A program made the position numbers and the translations under genes. The notes beneath the pieces were generated by a model. The model did not search any database, had not been told where the DNA came from, and worked only from the letters and a program-made list of their open reading frames with translations. From Podarcis liolepis (lineage: Eukaryota), in assembly GCA_965112155.1 (NCBI GenBank), contig OZ218103.1: a stretch of 64,000 nucleotides of DNA; one strand, written 5' to 3'. Below are positions 35,492 through 48,005 of the stretch, piece by piece; within the stretch, counting starts at the first letter, position 1, and each line of letters opens with the position of its first letter.

Positions 35492-36671
35492 GGGCCATAG
35501 TTCTGTGGTAGAGCATCTGTTTTGTGGCCAGAAGGACCCAGGTTCAATGTCTAGCATCTCCATGTAGGTCTGGGAGTGTTCCCTGTCTGAAACCCTGGAG
35601 GGCTGCTTTTCAGACAGACCCACATTTCCTTCTGAGCAACCTTTTGGCGGGTGGGACCAGAGGCAAAAGTGGGTAGAGCAACACCCCTCCCCCTGTATCC
35701 TCCACCCAAGCAAACATGAGGCATTATTGTAGTCCAAGGATATTCTGCTCAGCCAGAATTGTTCAAGGAGGCCACAGAGCAGGGCTGGTGAGGGTTGTGG
35801 CCTTGGGACAGAGGGCGTGGCTGAGGAGGAACTATGACCTGAGGAGAAACTCAAGATCCAGATAGAGAGGCATTTGGCCCCTGGGCCTGAACAGAGGAGG
35901 ATTTATGGCAGCCCTACAGGTTCCTCCGCACTGGACACTGAACCTAGGGGGTTCTGAAGGGCATTGCAACGATGACATAGTGAATTAAGCAGAATGGAAG
36001 GTGAGAGGTGGGGGGCACTGAATTTTGACCTTGTACCAGGCTCTGCTGAAAGATTGAAAGAGCAAAGTCTGCCCCTGGCCTGAGGTTCCCCACCCCTAGT
36101 GTTAAGCAGAGTTTAGTTAGTCAGGGCGACTCATATTTTCATAACAAGTGTGCCGCAAAAGTACTTTGGCACAGAAGCCACGAGCTACACACTGCCTTGT
36201 CATGCTGGGGTGGGAGAAGTGAGGCCAAAATTTGACACACACGCATACACCCTTGCATCGCCTTCCCAAAGCCATGAAAGTGCTAACTGGGCTTTAGAAA
36301 GGCGGTGGAAGGACTCTAGAACCCTGTCAGAGCAATCATGCCTCCGTCCCAAAGCCCATCTCCTTCATTATCCTGCTTTGGGAAGGTGGCACAAGGGCTG
36401 AGGGGCGTCACACGTTGCTGAGAGATGCGTGTGGTCCTTGGGCCATGCATTGGACCACCCAGAGCTAGATGGACCAAGGGTCTGACTTTCTAGAAGGCTG
36501 CATACTCATTACTGTTTACTGTGGCTCCAGTGTGCTCCTACCACTGGCCTTTGAAGCCAAGTGCACCTGATGTCGGCCACAATCTATGTGTATCCTCTCT
36601 GTAGGGGACCGGGACCCACAACTTGGCTTTGTTTTAAGCTGCTTAGCCTAAGGCAGCTTCCTATGTTCCTA
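35492..36671 (+). mobile_element. Nested TE stack: tRNA-derived SINE interrupted by hAT-like elements
   Basis: SINE head GGGCCATAGTTCTGTGGTAGAGCATCTG...GGTTCAATG (35492-35618), body GAGCTAGATGGACCAAGGGTCTGACT (36462-36501), tail AAGGCAGCTTCCTATGTTCCTA (36650-36671). hAT-like ends in between (CAGAGGAGGATT at 35892 ... AGTCTGCCCCTG at 36077; GGTTCCCCACCCCT ~36098; CAGGG at 36122). Confidence 0.6.
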
Positions 36672-38104
36672 TATATATTTTGGAGAAGGGTGTAAACACC
36701 TTTTGTAGTAGTAGTCTGTCGCCAGAGATAGGACATCTCTGATTTGTATGACGCTCCCCTGTTTAGCCAGTCCTGTGTTTAGGCCCAATTCATATGGTCA
36801 GTTGAGGTCACAGTGGCTGGCTTCCTCTGACAAGCACAGCATTCATTTCATAAAGAACAATAGCTGATTTGTAATGACTTTTCATACAAGTAAGTATCCT
36901 ATGATAATTACAGTTACACATGGTAAACAGGGTGGTGAGCCAATCCTGTCATTCTAGTATTGAATTCCTTTCCTGACAGAAGCGTCTCCTGATGCATCTG
37001 AGGGGTGTGCCGGATCTAGCTGGTGGGAAATAGGGTAATTTGCTATCAGTAATTTTATACCTCTTCTCCTGGTAATGAGAGACTAGCTTTAACTTTGGTA
37101 TAGAATATTATGAAACAGCCCCCAGATTTTCCAAGCAATGCATTTAAATCAACTTCAACTAGGTGTAAATTGGGCACATACTCAACATCAGCTAGCATAA
37201 AAACTTTGAGACACTTTAATTACTCCTTGCACAATCCAGGGTAGTTAAAGAGTGAGAAAATAACGGATTTCTCCCCACTTCTCAATGCATGCTGATGGAT
37301 GGATTCTAAATGGCTGGCTACTACATAGATTGCACCCTAGGTTAAATGCATAAGTCTGAGATTTCATTATTTTTTCACAAGAAGCGTAGGTTGCGAGTGT
37401 CTGGTTTTGTTTTGAAGCATTGATCCAGGTTACCTTAGTATCAGGATACTCCTTGGGGGTCCAGTTGGGCGTGTTGCACACGTTCTCGCACAAAAAGTCT
37501 CTGCTAACTAGAGAATGAGCACTTGTTTTTCAGGGAATTTCTGCATTTTATGAGTACTAAAGGGGGGTGAAATTTGGTGTGCCTTGGTTTCTGAAATACC
37601 TGAATGTTCAACCTAGAGGGAGCTCTGTTACACAGAGAAGATTAACTGCTATTCACACAGCAGTTGCTTTTACAGTATCCAATTATTACTGTTGTTATTT
37701 AAAAAAATTATGCGGCTTTTCAGCCAACCCCCGCCCCATAGCCCCCTTTGCAGATGGATAATATGCTAGCTACAAAATCTTTCTTGGTTCCTCTCATTCT
37801 TCCATTTTGTTATATTATTGGAATGTCAGCATGTCATCCATAATGTTACAAAGTAGTGTTTTCTGATAGTTTTCTTGGGTCATGGTTTGTAGCAGCCATG
37901 GCTAGTAATAAAGGGTGACCCCTGAAGCTTCTGGCACAGCAGAGCTGCCGTTATCCCAAGTGCAGCACTTTAGCGTTGCCTTCAGGAGTGAACGGAAGCT
38001 GTTCACTTATATGGGAGAAAGGGAAAAAGTGCACTTTGGGGTTTGTCCTGTGCTATACCTGAGCCTCATGCTCCGTTTTCTGGGTCAGAGGTCAGGTGCC
38101 CTTT

Positions 38105-38180
38105 AGTTTCTTCCAAAGTACAACCTATTTGTCTTGTCTTGCCTTGAGTTTCTTCCAAAGCACAACCTATTTGTCTTGTC
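38105..38180. repeat. Tandem duplication, 42-bp period
   Basis: AGTTTCTTCCAAAG(T/C)ACAACCTATTTGTCTTGTC at 38105-38138 and 38147-38180. Confidence 0.95.
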
Positions 38181-39885
38181 CCATAAAACTTAGTGGAAGC
38201 CATTATAAACTGAAGCACTGTTTCCATAGCCCTAGCCCACCATCACAGTCCTGTGCTGAATTCTATTTCTGCTTAGAGTTACATTCCAGAGTGAGATTCT
38301 CCTCTTTTGGTGTAATAATTAGGATCAAGCAAGTAGGGATGAGGATGCTAGCTTCACTGTTTCCTTCAGATGTGAAGATATGAAGTGGGAAGCCTGGTAC
38401 TCGTAGGAGCTCTGCATGTGAGTTTCAGTGGACAGGGGTGGAAGAATGGAAATTCATTGATCACCAGAAGCATGCTGGCACCTTCTCCCTGCAGCTCCTG
38501 GACCTGCCTCCAGGTGAGAGAAATAGAATGTTGTTCCACTTTCCCAATGGTTAGTTATTGGGCCACTTCACTGTCAGGTGTGATAGGCACATGTCGTCCC
38601 CAAGTGTAGCATTTTGCATTTCCCATAGAGACAGAATGACTGCCATTATCTCAGGGTGCGTCCAGAAGAGAACTCTTATGTGCAGTTGAAACATCACTCT
38701 TAGGACCCACCTTGTTTTTGTGATTGTAATAATTTTAAACTGTTCTTAATATTGCATTTTAAATGGTTGTAACTTATCCTGGGATCTTAAGGTGAAGGGA
38801 GGATAAGTAGGAGTAGCAGCAGCAGCATATTTTAAAAGCCCAGTTAATTTCAGATACAGTTAACAGTGGGATAAGAGATGATATTATAATAGAGCAAGTT
38901 GGCATTTTGCAGAAACATAATCAATTGCCTTTAATTCTCAATATATTAGCCATTAACTCAGTTTCACGTATAGGGTATGTTCTAGCTTTGTAAGCTCTAG
39001 TTGGGTAGGAGGGACAGGCTAGGGTGGGCAATGTTGATTTTGAAAACATTGTTGAAGGGCAACAGAGGCCTTCAAATTCCCCAGAGCTATCTTTGAAAGT
39101 TGTGTTTTTCTGTTTCTGCTACAACAGGAAGTTAAATATATAAATCATTATTCAGGCATCTGTTCAAAGTTTGTCTGACTTGCTGAATTTCTAATCAGAC
39201 AAAAATCAGAAAATGAAAAAGAAGAAAAAAGGACAACACAAATTTTATTTTTTATTTTTTTCTCTTGCCCGACTAGCAAAGTACTGCTACGGCTGCAGCT
39301 GCACATACCTCTTGTACTCCTTGCCTCTCCACATACACCCATTCCCACCCCTCCCACATGGAGCCGTAGGCCTTTCCTAAGCTGCTTGGCGTGGTCTCAC
39401 TTTCTTCAGCAACATTCTAACTTCTAAGAGGCTTAATAGCTAGGGAGATTTGGAGGGGAGTGAAAAGGTGGGGGGTTCTCTCTCTTTTTCAGCCCTGGCT
39501 TTAAGGAGTTTATTTTCTTAAGCTTATTGGGAAGAATATCGAGTGGACTAGTAAGGAGGTTGTGACGGGCAGGCATTTTCCAGGATTTGGGAATGTTAAA
39601 TGCACATGCTGCATTGTGGGCAGTTTTCTTCAAAAATTTCCTGGGGAGTTTCTACCACTTCTCGCAGCTTATTTGTTCACTTAGCTCATTTCTGAAGCCA
39701 GGTTGATTGCCAGTGAAATTAACTTTCTGTCCTCATTGTGTAGGGTGGGGTGGTGACAGAAATTACCTCAAAAAGAAAAGTATAAACCGTGTCACATAAA
39801 ATGAAGGAGAGCCAGGATAGTGACAGTACAAAGAAATGACAGGACAAAGAATGCCCCTCTAGGGTGAGGGGACTTCTTATTGTGA

Positions 39886-40011
39886 AACTTCCCCAACTTG
39901 ATGCCTTCCAGATGTTTTCAACTACAGCTCCCATCAGTCCCAGCCAGCATGGTAAGGGATGACTGAAATTGTAGTCCTAAACATCTAGAGGGTTCTGATT
40001 GTGAAAGGCTG
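39886..40011. mobile_element. Diverged copy of the 7043 hAT MITE family (further degenerate copies ~8770-8880, ~49685-49785)
   Basis: CCTTCCAGATGTTTTCAACTACAGCTCCCATC...GAAATTGTAGTCCTAAACATCTAGAGGG. Confidence 0.7.
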
Positions 40012-41904
40012 TTGCAGTGGAATGAACCACTGTTGTTACTTTTAACTTGCTTTGTGTATGCTGCTCTGAAAATGTGTTTTCATTAGAGGATGGGATATAC
40101 ATTCATAAAATGAAATAAGTGATTGCCCATTACAATGAGATATTCAGAGAACCCTGGGACTCAGTTTGTTTACCAACCCTGAGTGCATTGTGGCAATGCC
40201 AAGAAGGAACAAAAGTAAGATGGCAAAATTTGGGTCACACTCTGTCACAAGACAGGTCTTCCCTTGATTATCTTACACGAGCTCTTAAGTCTGTTGGCAT
40301 CCTCTGTATTGTGTTAAAAGGTAGTTCACTTTATTATATTATTGGGCAGTGTCCAGGTAAGTCATTTGTGTAGCCAGGTAACTAACATATGGATGCTCAG
40401 CTCTGAGGGATGACAAATAATTTGGTCCAAGGCAGCTCTTTTATGGGATCTTACAATTAGCAATTAAAGCATAAAAAATAGTTCCAGGCAGCAACTGCTA
40501 AATAAACGCTTGTCACTACTGCTGACTGGGGCTGCTTTATTTCCCTGTGTGTTTCCGCCTCTCTGTATAACTTACGGTGCTGTAAATGCACAGCAGCTGT
40601 TAATATGATTCTGTCGATACATTTACCATGGTGATTTGGCAGTATTTGGCGACTGTGTGAAGAAATCACTCACTGGTTGGAAGGCAAGAAAGACAAGCTG
40701 TCAATATCTCAGAAGAAATGCTAATAACCCTGGTGACAAATTGTCCCAGAAAGTCTCGAAGGGTTAAAAAAGAGAGAGCATTTCCAGAAACGAGGATTCT
40801 TGTTTTTGCTCAAGTGAAGAGAACTCATCTCTCCTAACGCTGCTACCAACTGCTCTCTTGCTCTAGTTACTGGTTGTTTTACTAAATAAATATTCATGGG
40901 CTTGTGTGAGTTGACTTAGACATGCTACTATATAGATTAAAGTGTGAGGGAGAGGAGATTCCTTGCAATGTGCTTCTGTCTGATTTGGAGCAATTCCTGA
41001 TTCCCATTGCAGCCCCACACCCTCATCCTGCATCCAATACCACGGAAGAAGCTGCCACAACCCACTCACCCTAGGAAAGTCTTGCCGAGGAGTTGTCTGC
41101 AAGGGGGACAAGGGAGTCCCCTTTTTCTGATCTTCCATTCATTCTATGGATCTCAGGATTCAGCCCTTGATGTGAAGTGAACATTTCACACAATGAATCA
41201 TTTATTACTGTTTTTCGACCCCCAAAAGAGCCCTTTAGACAAGCCTCAGATGAAACAAGGGTTCCTCTCCTCTCATTCCACATTCCACCTGCGGAGGCTA
41301 ATAAGTTGTTGTTTTTTAATAGGGTTCCCAGATAACTTCTGTTTAAATGTTTCTTGGAAAATAACAGTAAATCAAATTACCACCCTTCACAATTTAATCA
41401 CATGACTCAGGGTTTTTAAAAGAAGTTTGTATCAGCATGAAATCAAAGAGGACAAAGGCTTTGTTTCTCAAATTTCTGCTCCTTAAGTTTGGTGGAGAAA
41501 AACCTGAAAATGTGACCATAGGGCACAATAAAAATTAATAAACCAAAAGCAAAATGTCATTATTCTTAAACCACTCCAGCCTCTAAAGAAGTAAGGAGCC
41601 CTTAGGAGAGATGAAACATGTATTTTACAAATACCCTGAGCCCTGGCAACATACACAGTGCCTAAGTTGCAAATGAAAATATGAAAAATACATGATCACT
41701 GCTTTAATGTGTGCTGCATGCTTTCGAAATTGGAGATCCATCTGGCTCCCACATCTCTGATTTAGGAGTTTAGGATGTTTAGCAAGGTTTTAAGAAAACT
41801 TAGGAAGGAAAGAAACCACTTCAGAAGGTGAAGGTCCCTTAGGCTTTCTTAGTACAGGCATTTCCCCACTTATGCACGATTGACTTTTGTGTGTGGTGCC
41901 AGGA

Positions 41905-41914
41905 AATAAATAAA

Positions 41915-41946
<32 letters not shown>

Positions 41947-41948
41947 AT
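41905..41948. repeat. (AAAT)n microsatellite
   Basis: Direct read. Confidence 0.95.
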
Positions 41949-42905
41949 ATATTCAAACCTGGGAATGATAGGAGAGAGCTGGAAAGTTCTTGTTGCTCAT
42001 GAGACCCTCCCCAGAGGCCGAGGAGGATGTCAGTGAGCCAAAAGTGCAGAAATAAAGATTTTAAAGGCTTTTTTTTTAAAAAAAAAAGAATTTATGGGCT
42101 CCAAAATGGCGCATGGGAGCTCTCGCTGATGTTGCGCTATCCCACTCAACAGCTGTTGGGAGGGAAGCTGTGTTGCAGCGGGCTCGGTCACACGGTTCCC
42201 TACATTTTCTCGCACTCTGGAGGCAAAGGTACAGTATAAAAGAAAAGGGCATTTCTGATGCCTCTTAAATCACCCTAGTTATCTGCTTTGACAAGGCTCC
42301 CCACTTACATGCATTTTGCTTATATGCACGGGCAGGGGTGTTGGGCATTCTAGAAAGTATCCAGATTGGGAAAGGATGCTGTAGCTCTCCTAGCCTTGCT
42401 TGTCTAGAAGCTTCTGTGACCATGCTCGTTCCCTGTGTCTTTGCATGTCCAAACCTTTGACAGGTCTGATAAAACATACAGGTTTTTAATGAATGGTTTA
42501 TTTCCTCTCATTTCCTCTTCCATGTGCAAATGTTCAATGTTCCTTTTCATCTGAGGGAATATCTAAGCATGAAAGGGTGCTGGTTCCACTGAGCCTGTCT
42601 CAGCCCCTTAACTGTGTTTATTGATGTACTCATTGTTCTATTAGCATTTTAGTGTTTTTGCAATCATGGCGATAAACAGATCCATAACTGTATCCTGCGG
42701 GTGTAGCTGCCCATGTACATTTAGATGCTGGTGAGACCTCCATACAGAAAGTGTCTCCAGATGTGCCTCCTTGGCAGTGTGATACCAACATGCAGCGTCC
42801 CTTGCAACCAGTGGCTAGGGGGAAACTGCAGGGTACTGGGGCAGGGAATAGGAACAAACTTTATCCCCCCCCAAAAGTGCTGGAAAGCGCCAGATTTTGC
42901 TGATA

Positions 42906-43061
42906 NNNNNNNNNNNNNNNNNNNNNNNNNNNNNNNNNNNNNNNNNNNNNNNNNNNNNNNNNNNNNNNNNNNNNNNNNNNNNNNNNNNNNNNNNNNNNNN
43001 NNNNNNNNNNNNNNNNNNNNNNNNNNNNNNNNNNNNNNNNNNNNNNNNNNNNNNNNNNNNN
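42906..43061. other. Assembly gap (N run)
   Basis: 156 N. Confidence 1.
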
Positions 43062-46000
43062 TTTGGTCTCAGCACTGTTTAGTGAATCGGTTGGGGTGGT
43101 GCAATGGGGGGCGTCTCTGTAACTGAAGTCAGGTTTCTTTTCCACCACCCTCCCCCTTTTCCCTGGTAACTCAAGTTCTTTGAGAGGTGCTAAAGGCCGC
43201 GCTACAGAAGTTACTATATCTTCACGATTTAAACATTTTCAAAACACAGGCGTTTGGGGATTTTAAGGGTGGGATTTTCTTAGGTGTTTTTGACTTCACC
43301 ACCAATTAGAATAGATTTCATTTCTCTCCATAAAGAAAACAGCTTTTTTTTTGTCTTTGTGGTATTGTCTTAATCACCACTGTCTTTTGTGTGTCTACTC
43401 CAGAGCATAGGTTCTCAAAATCAAGAAATCAACTGTAATTTTGTACATACCCCTCCCACACCACATGCACTGGGACAAAGAAGCATGGTTGGTCTCATAT
43501 TTTTTCTACCTTTGGGATATTGTTTCTGGTGTGGGAAAAGCAGATGAAAGGAAAGTGCATAGTGTGTCTCATAGGTCTCTGCCAAATTTTAAGCCCCTTG
43601 GGATGGAGGGTTCTCAGGATAGGTCCATTGAGCATCAACCATTGCTATTAATGTGGAAGGAATTTACAGTCCACCTTCTTATATTGCACTGATTGGAAGG
43701 GGGAGGGGTGTGATGGACTATGAATTGCCATGTAGACCCTTACTGGGAAGGATGGTGGAGGAATTCCCATCTCTTGTAGCATCTCTTCATATCTCCCAGC
43801 TTCAGAGTGCAAGTAGATTTAAAAGACTACTGTAGTACCATTAATATTTCGTGTAGGATATATTTTGAACACACTGTGACTAGCATTTGGCCCACAATAA
43901 CTATTAATATCAATAAAATGCAGTGTGTGGAGGTGCATTTATGGGCTTCGTTGTGTCTCAGGTATTGTTGGAAGCAAGGATGCAAGCTGAAGGTTGTGAC
44001 TCTGAACCCCCTGCTGTGAGTTTGGTATTGACCTATTTGGAGGTAGCATTCTGGCCCAGAGGTAGACCACAGCATTCCCCCCCCCCCCCATAATTGCACA
44101 AAGTAATAGGGTGCATCTGTTGGCTTGTGCACATGAAAATTCATCAGGTTGCTTACACATAATGAGAGAAAGGTCACATTGGAGTGAAAAATATGATATG
44201 GGGCCACTTTTCTGTCCAAAAGCCATATTGTGCTGACCTGCCCCATGAAGTATTTGGTGTCATGATATTTTGACTTTTCTTTGGGGCAGGATCTCTTTTG
44301 CCACTAGAAATGTAGCTTCTGCGCCCCCTAAGGAGTTATGCGGTACACTGCTGCACAGGGTATAGGAATGATATCAGCCATATGTATGAACATTTCAGTT
44401 GGGTCATCATCATCTGAAATATTAATGACTGAATTTCAGGATAGAAGATTAATACATTTAGGTTTCAGGGAAGAAATATCCTTCAAAACCAATGAATAGT
44501 TGCTGACAGGGCAGTGGTAGGCAATTTAATCTGTGCCTAGGATACTGGACAGACAGGTTCTAAAACAGCCAAAAACTGTTATTTCCAAATGGAAACAGGA
44601 ACAGGTTGGGTGTGGTGGGCTAAATGCTAGAGCCAATATATTTCTAGAGCAGAAATTGGTAGTTAAATTAAATTGCCTGTGAAATTGCCACCTAATCATT
44701 TATATCTCGCTCTTCCTTCAAGAATCTTGTGATGCAGATTAAGAGTTTTCCCAGTTTGAGGTAGTTTAGACAGAGGCTTGAATACTCAAGCTTATGCAGG
44801 GAGCTGAATAAGGATTTGAACCCAGGTCTGACTGGACCAAATACAATTGTCTATCCAGTGTGCCAAGCTTGCTGTCATCGATCAGACACAGGTGACAGAT
44901 GAAGTAGTTAGAGATGAATAATATATTTTTAATTTCAGTACTTACTTTGTCTGTGTTTATCTTGTGTTGAAGCACTGACTTACAGGGCAATCCTAGCCAA
45001 ACATATTCAGAAGTAAGTGTTACTGAATTCTGTGGAATTTATTCCCAGGTAAGTGGGGCTAGGACTGCAAATGAAGCTGTACTTGGTTTGCATGTTTGAT
45101 GGTTTCTGTTTAAGGCTAGGGGTTCGCAAAACTTCTATGAGTTAAACCTGGAATTCTGAAGAGTAGTTCTTTAGTAGAGCCTGAACAGAGCCTTCCTTAC
45201 ACAATATGGGGATGGGTGCTCTGGGAATAGCTTCTGAGCAATTGCTCCCTACAGAGTCTATGACTGTAGAGCAACCATAGTGATGGTGCACTAAAATTAC
45301 ATAACTCTCATTGGCTTTGAAGTAAAGAGAAAAAAGTATGAATTTACCACTTGCTTAGGTCTAAGGATGCTCTTTTGCCATTAGTTATTGACTGTTTACA
45401 TGTCACACACTAAGCTAGGATTGGCTTGCTAGGCTATTTTTGGCTTGTGAGGGTGCAGTGAGGATGGCTCAACTCTATGAGGGCCGCATGCCAGCGGTGG
45501 GTATAGCCAAAGCTGCCAGTGCACACTAATGCACAGATGTACACACTTTCATTGCACATACAACCCACATTCTCTCTCTCACTCACTAACCCACCCACCC
45601 ACCCACCCCCCATGATTTTCCAGTGATCAGCAGAGAAGCAGGGGAACAGAGGTTCCATTTCTTCTAGCCCAGTGCTGGAATGAGATCAGTCTCCAAAGAG
45701 GATGAGCGACAGCACATCTTGGGTTTGTGTGCTTTCCAGTTCTCTTTCTCTGGCACAGTTGCAGGGAGAAGGTAAAAAACTTCCACTTCCATTTTACATT
45801 GACCATAATTTAGTGTTGCATCCAAATCCTAAATTGTGGTTAGTCTTATCTAGGGTTTGATGAAACAAAACAAATTCATAAGGTGGAGCTTAACTTTGAC
45901 TTGTTTAAGCAAACCATACTTAAGGTTAACCACAGTTTGTCTGGTCTTGGGCATCATTACCAGTTGCAGGAAAGCAAAAACTTTTGAACTCTTCCCACAT

Positions 46001-47532
46001 CTGCACTGTAGGAAGATCACTGGCTTGTCCTTGTAACACTAAACCATGGTTTACCATTTCATGCTAACACGGCCATTATGTCTGTCAGTGCAGCTGTCAA
46101 ACATTTTATTGGATTTTTGTGACAGTGCAGCTGAGTATCCCTATGTACACATGTTATGGCCCAAATCAGATTATGGTGTGCAGAAACCAGGCACTACTGA
46201 ACTTCTCCTAATGTGTTCTGCAACAGTCAGAAAAGTGTCTGACTGGATTTGCAGGACTCAGCAAGGGATGGTATGGTACTGCTTCCTTGGAGGAACAGAT
46301 CGATAACAGAGGCTGGTGATACATGAGGGAAGTTAGGGATGGATAATCCGCTGAATTTACATGACCCTGACTGGCCTGTGAAAGGCTGCAGTTTTGTTGG
46401 GCAATTTTCAATTTACTTGCTGCCCATTGTATTTTAAAATTGCCACAAGAATAGTTTGGGTGCTTGGCAGGGAAGCTGACTTTTGTGGTTCAAAGGAGGC
46501 ATATATACACTTCAGAAAGGAATAGAGTTCCTAACTATAAGAGGTTTGTGTGTGGCTGATCTAGCACATTCCCATTCTTGCCAAATTCCTGGAAGGTCCC
46601 GTTGTTTTTGTGCCTTTATTGCAATTACATTGCATTGCTTGTTGTTTCTTATGGCCCTTTGAATCTTTCTTTTAGGATTATACCACCTGCTCCTCCAGCT
46701 TTGTCATTTGTATGTGTTAATGTGGATACTGGTTTAAAATACACACCAGAAGAGTTAATATTGAAGACATGCTTCTTTGTTGTCCGTCAGTCCTAATGGC
46801 AAACTCAGGTGGGGAACGCTGACAGGACTGGAGCCAAAAGGGGGCCATGGAGCAGGAGAAGGATATATGGTGCAGGTGCTAATAGCATGCTTGGGGAACC
46901 CACAAGGTTACCATAACTTCAAAAATATTTTAAAAGTCAGACCTAAGAGTTCAACATCGCCTTCTGCAAGGTCTTAATGAGCACTGAGCATGCTCAGTAG
47001 CCATGGAGTGCTGAATGTCAGTTGGAAAAGGAAAGGAGAGGGGGAGAGGGAATGGACTGGAGTATCCTGAAGTATGGCATGGCTGACTGGCAATCTGCAC
47101 AGTAGTACTGCTGTTAGGAGGTGAGGAAAAGTCCAATAGAAGATATGCTACAATAGAGGATACCCTGCAACATTCAGTGTAGGCCCCGTTTGTTTACTTC
47201 AAAACCTGCAGTTGGTGACACAGTATGGATAACATGATGCTGAAATTATGTGCAGTAAACATTTCCGTATACAGTACTGATACAGGACTGCACTAAGCTG
47301 TTCTCATGTTACAAAATCAAATAAAAAACCCTCCGTTCCACATTAAAGTAAGAGACCATTTGGAAGGGGTTAAGTCCCTTCCTCACCTTACCTCACCTTG
47401 CTTAATGTCTGAAGGAGAAGTTTTGGATTTGCCCCTCCCCCTCCTTAGCAGCTGGTCAGTTTATGAAGTAGATAGAAGGAGACAATAAAGTTGGTGTCAA
47501 AAAGCTTGAGGTGATTCTGTCTGCATCATTTT

Positions 47533-47534
<2 letters not shown>

Positions 47535-47589
<55 letters not shown>

Positions 47590-47592
47590 AAA
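47535..47592. repeat. (AAAG)n microsatellite
   Basis: Direct read. Confidence 0.95.
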
Positions 47593-47797
47593 AGACTACC
47601 TTCAAAATGGGCAAGTCACATTTTGGACTGTTCAGTAGCTTTTAGCACAGACATGTATAAATTACTTGTGTGCAGTGTCACTGGAGATCTCTTTCCTATC
47701 TGGGGCTTTTTAAAAATATAATGACAAAGTAATAAAAAAACTAATTAAAAAGGGCCTCGGCCAATAAGGAACTTCACAATGACAAAGCAGCACATGT

Positions 47798-48005
47798 GCC
47801 TGCTTAAAACATTTTTATTTAGGCAAGCCTATCCAGTCATGTAGATGTTAGTGTGTTTTGGTGTTTTTCACTGTTAATTCTAATTACCTTTAGATGTTTT
47901 TAAATGTTCTAAACTGTTTTTATTGATAATGTTAGTATTTATTGCAAACCACTTAGAGGCTTTTCTACAAGCAAGTGGTATATAAATTCTGTTAAATAAA
48001 TAATA
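47798..48005 (+). mobile_element. L2 LINE extreme 3' end
   Basis: CTGCTTAAAACATTTTTATTTAGGCAAGCCTAT (LLKTFLFRQAY, ORF2 end), then a T-rich UTR, GCAAACCACTTAGAG...AAGTGGTATATAAAT and an AAATAAAT tail. Confidence 0.65.

Noticed and set aside
35210-35854. 214-aa minus-strand ORF
   Set aside because: It crosses a SINE head and hAT DNA, has no recognisable domain and no splice context, so it is probably a chance ORF.
38105-38180. CRISPR-like direct repeats
   Set aside because: Only two units with an 8-nt gap, in vertebrate DNA with no cas genes; a simple tandem duplication.
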